Positions 61,111 to 64,000 of a stretch of 64,000 bases of DNA are shown here, piece after piece (the first letter of the stretch is position 1; each line of letters opens with the position of its first letter). The position numbers and the translations under genes are program-made. Location: positions 19,282,001 to 19,346,000 of the forward strand of contig OZ336889.1 of the NCBI GenBank assembly GCA_965287045.1. Reading direction: 5' to 3'. Below the pieces are notes generated by a model. The model was not told the origin of the DNA, made no database searches, and worked only from the letters and a program-made list of their open reading frames with translations. The stretch comes from Carcharhinus amblyrhynchos. Its lineage: Eukaryota.

Positions 61111-61719
61111 CAATTATCAGCTACCCAGACCTTAAGCCCCTGCAAAAATGCTGACAGTAAAACAGTTGGCGTTTAGTGAGTGTGCCAACCCTATTTTGAG
61201 GCTGTTTCCAGGCAATTATTGTTAATTTTGGTAAGTTAAAATCAGCCTGTATCTTTCCAACAGGATGAAAGCAACTTCCTGATCTAACAGCAAATGTAAT
61301 AAGTTCTGACATCTGATGTGTCCATCCTTAAAATTAAGCATTCAAAAGCGTAAAAACTGCAATTTTAGTCCCACTGTTTTCACTGAGAGAATTATTTTTG
61401 TGTTCATGTCAAAAATATATTTGGCTAAGCACGCTGTATCTTCTTTGAACCAGAATTTGTCTGAAGTGGGAGAGAGTACTGTGTCATTAAAAGGCAGTTC
61501 CTAATTATGAGATGCAGTGCAAGAGCGATCTACTGAATTGAAGCATTCTCTGAACTCCAAAAAGGAGGTAAATGCCATTCCGTCAAGTCAAAGTATTCAT
61601 GTTAAAACTAACAGCAATGTGTTTGCTAATAACAAGGGATATCACAAGTGAGATTTCATACAAAGATTGATAACTGGCAAAACTTTGGGATAGCAGCATG
61701 TCTGGTAAGGTCTTCACGA

Positions 61720-62016
61720 TGCACAGTGGTTAACATTGCTGTCTCACAGCACCAGGGACCTGGGTTCGATTTCCAGCTTGGGTCACTGTTTGTGTGGAGT
61801 TTGCATGTTCTCCCTGTGTCTGCGTGGGCTTCCACCAGGTGCTCTGGTTTCCTCCCACACTCTAAAGATGCATGGATTAGGTGGATTGACCATGGTGTCA
61901 GGGGGACTCCTTGGTGTCAGGGGGACTAACTAGGGTAAATATATGGGGATAGGTCAGTGAAGACTCAAAGGGCTGAGTGGCCTCCTTCTGCACTGTGGGG
62001 ATACTGTGATTCTATG
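61720..62016 (+). mobile_element. HE1-type V-SINE, tail A
   Basis: Family motifs. Confidence 0.9.
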
Positions 62017-62479
62017 CAATGTCGTACCTGGATGGATCAAATTTCCAATCTTTTCAGTTCGAATCTCCTGACAGAACAAAAGCTGAACAATCAGATTTAT
62101 GGGTTGGTGATGATCCAGCAGAAGGAACTCTTCAGTTGCAGGCAATAAAATGAAACAAAACTTACGCCATCGTATAAACTTATAAATCAAAGAAAAAGGT
62201 TTAGTAACAAAACTTCATTACTCCAACACTTGAGGCCTCACCCTGGGCCATTCCAATCTCCCATGAACCCCAGCAGCTGCTGCTTTATACTGATTCAGCT
62301 GATCAGCTGACTACCACATCATTTTGTCACTGGTTACATAGTTTACTGGGTCAGCTGACCCTTGCAGCATGTTACCACTGGTCACACGACAACAGATCTA
62401 ATGTTATCCGTGGTTACATTCTAACAGGCGAGCTGCCTAAAAAAAGAAATTCAAAGTGCTGAATTCGTGTGAAAACTGG

Positions 62480-62814
62480 AGTAACTCACGCCAATTTTCA
62501 GAATGAATCTTGCGCACACTGAGCACTGCCCTTGCGAGATTCGCTCTGAAGATCAGGGAGCAGGCCCCATTTCCAGCTGAGAGGAAGGAGGTGCTAGTAG
62601 GCCTGGAGACGTCAGTCCCGGGCCCGCTAATGAAATGGAAATCGGTATTTAAACATTTAACTCAGCACCGGAGCTGAACCCTCCAAAAAAAACCGGGAGC
62701 TAGAGATGCGTGAAGCCATGGCAGCCAGCATGGAGCTCGCTAAATGGCCCCCGCTGATGCCTCCCGGCCTGTTGTACTGTTGGAGCAGTGCAGTGGGCTG
62801 GGAGAATCGCCCCT
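62480..62814. mobile_element. GC-rich MITE remnant (Harbinger-like)
   Basis: CpG-rich, ends gggagaatcgcccc like the ggagaatcccaccc terminus at 36001. Confidence 0.5.
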
Positions 62815-63175
62815 GTGATTTATACGTATGAATTGTTTAAGTAACCTTTGGAATCAGCTCTCATGCACATTAATGTTGGGCTATTTATTGACTGTTTATT
62901 CTAATGGTTATCCAGTCAGAGTAATTGAACTTGTCTGTTCCATTATGGCCAATTAAACTCGAGAGATTAACCTTTCAGATCCCCGGCAAGTAACTTTGGC
63001 CATATTTCTGAACAGTGGTGTTGACACATAAACAAACGCAATCCATCCAGATCGGCTGTCTAACTGGCATGGTGCAATAATGCAGCCGCTCGCTGTGGTG
63101 ACAGAAACAATGGACAGTTGGCAGGAGCTGATATTCACCTAAAGTCACGCAAAATATAACAGAACGATGAAGAGA

Positions 63176-63437
63176 GGACGGCACAGTGGTTAGCACTGCT
63201 GCCTCACAGTGCCAGGGTGACTGTCTGCACATTCTCCCTGTGTCTGTGTGGGTTTCCTCTGGGTGCTCCGGTTGCCTCCCACAGTCCAAAAAGACATGCT
63301 GGTTAGGTGCATTGGCCATGCTAAATTCTCCCTCAGTGTACCCGAACACGTACCTAGTGTGGTGACTGGGGGATTTTCACAGTAACTTCATTGCAGTGTT
63401 AATGTAAGCCTACTTGCAACTAATAAACTTGAAGTTT
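63176..63437 (+). mobile_element. HE1-type V-SINE, tail B
   Basis: Family motifs. Confidence 0.92.
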
Positions 63438-63656
63438 AATTTCATTGAGAATTGCATGACTGTCACTTAAAATTAGCAATCGTTTTTATATCAGACCATC
63501 AAGCCTTGGAAAGTGTTTTCTTAACTAATGACAAAATCTGTTTGTAACTGACATTTATTGATGTACTTCTGGTTTTTGAGATTTGTCATCAACTTAATGT
63601 TGACATTGGATTGATTGCTGGATTTTGAATTCATGTAGATAGGCTAATTTCCTCAA

Positions 63657-64000
63657 GACTATGAGGAGAGATTGAATAGATTGGGTCTGTACGCGTTGGG
63701 GTTTAGAAGGCTGAGGGGGGATCTTATAGCGACATATAAGATAATGAAGGGGATGGATAGGGTAGAGGTAGAGAGATTCTTCCTGCTTAGAAAGGATAGC
63801 AGGACTAGAGGGCACAGCCTCAAAATAAGGGAGGGGCAGTTTAGATCGGAGTTGAGGAGGAACTTCTTCACTCAAAGGGTGGTGAGTTTCTGGAATTCTC
63901 TGCCCGTTGAAATGGTGGAGGCTACCTTGCTGAATATATTTGTCAGGGGTAGATAGGTTTCTGATAGACAAGGGAATTAAGAGTTATGGGGAGAAAGCGG
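63657..64000 (+). mobile_element. Young CR1 LINE ORF2 C-terminus running off the window edge
   Basis: ORF NRLGLYALGFRRLRGDLIATYKIMKGMDRVEVERFFLLRKDSRTRGHSLKI...FFTQRVVSFWNSLP. Confidence 0.95.

Noticed and set aside
507-63349. Recurrent ORFs such as MAQWLALLPHSARDLGSIP.. and ..SAWVSSGCSGFLPQSK..
   Set aside because: They are translations of HE1-type SINE copies, not a protein family.

Overview
This is vertebrate non-coding DNA, most likely from a shark (cartilaginous fish), judged from the repeat content. It reads as a long intron or gene desert. I found no host protein-coding exon, rRNA, true tRNA gene or CRISPR array. The supplied ORFs are chance frames, read-throughs of SINEs, or remnants of LINE reverse-transcriptase C-termini. 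A large part of the window is interspersed repeat: about 35 HE1-type tRNA-derived V-SINEs with two alternative 3' tails, a second tRNA-SINE family, old Deu-domain and AmnSINE2-like SINEs, CR1, Rex1/Babar and L2 LINE fragments, Penelope-like element ends carrying minimal hammerhead ribozyme motifs, and hAT- or Harbinger-like MITEs. The most notable observations are: (1) minimal hammerhead cores, one intact, one split by a Rex1 insertion and one pair back-to-back in a palindrome; (2) a local inverted duplication at 13.4/14.5 kb and a near-perfect 60-bp dispersed duplication at 35.2/36.5 kb; (3) a ~185-nt hairpin element at 48.3 kb; (4) a SINE tail that shares its 3' motif with the local Rex1 LINE; (5) candidate recursive splice sites on the + strand; (6) repeat-free, homeodomain-motif-rich blocks that may be conserved enhancers. 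Family names come from recalled consensus motifs, not database searches, and repeat boundaries are approximate (about +/-20 bp).
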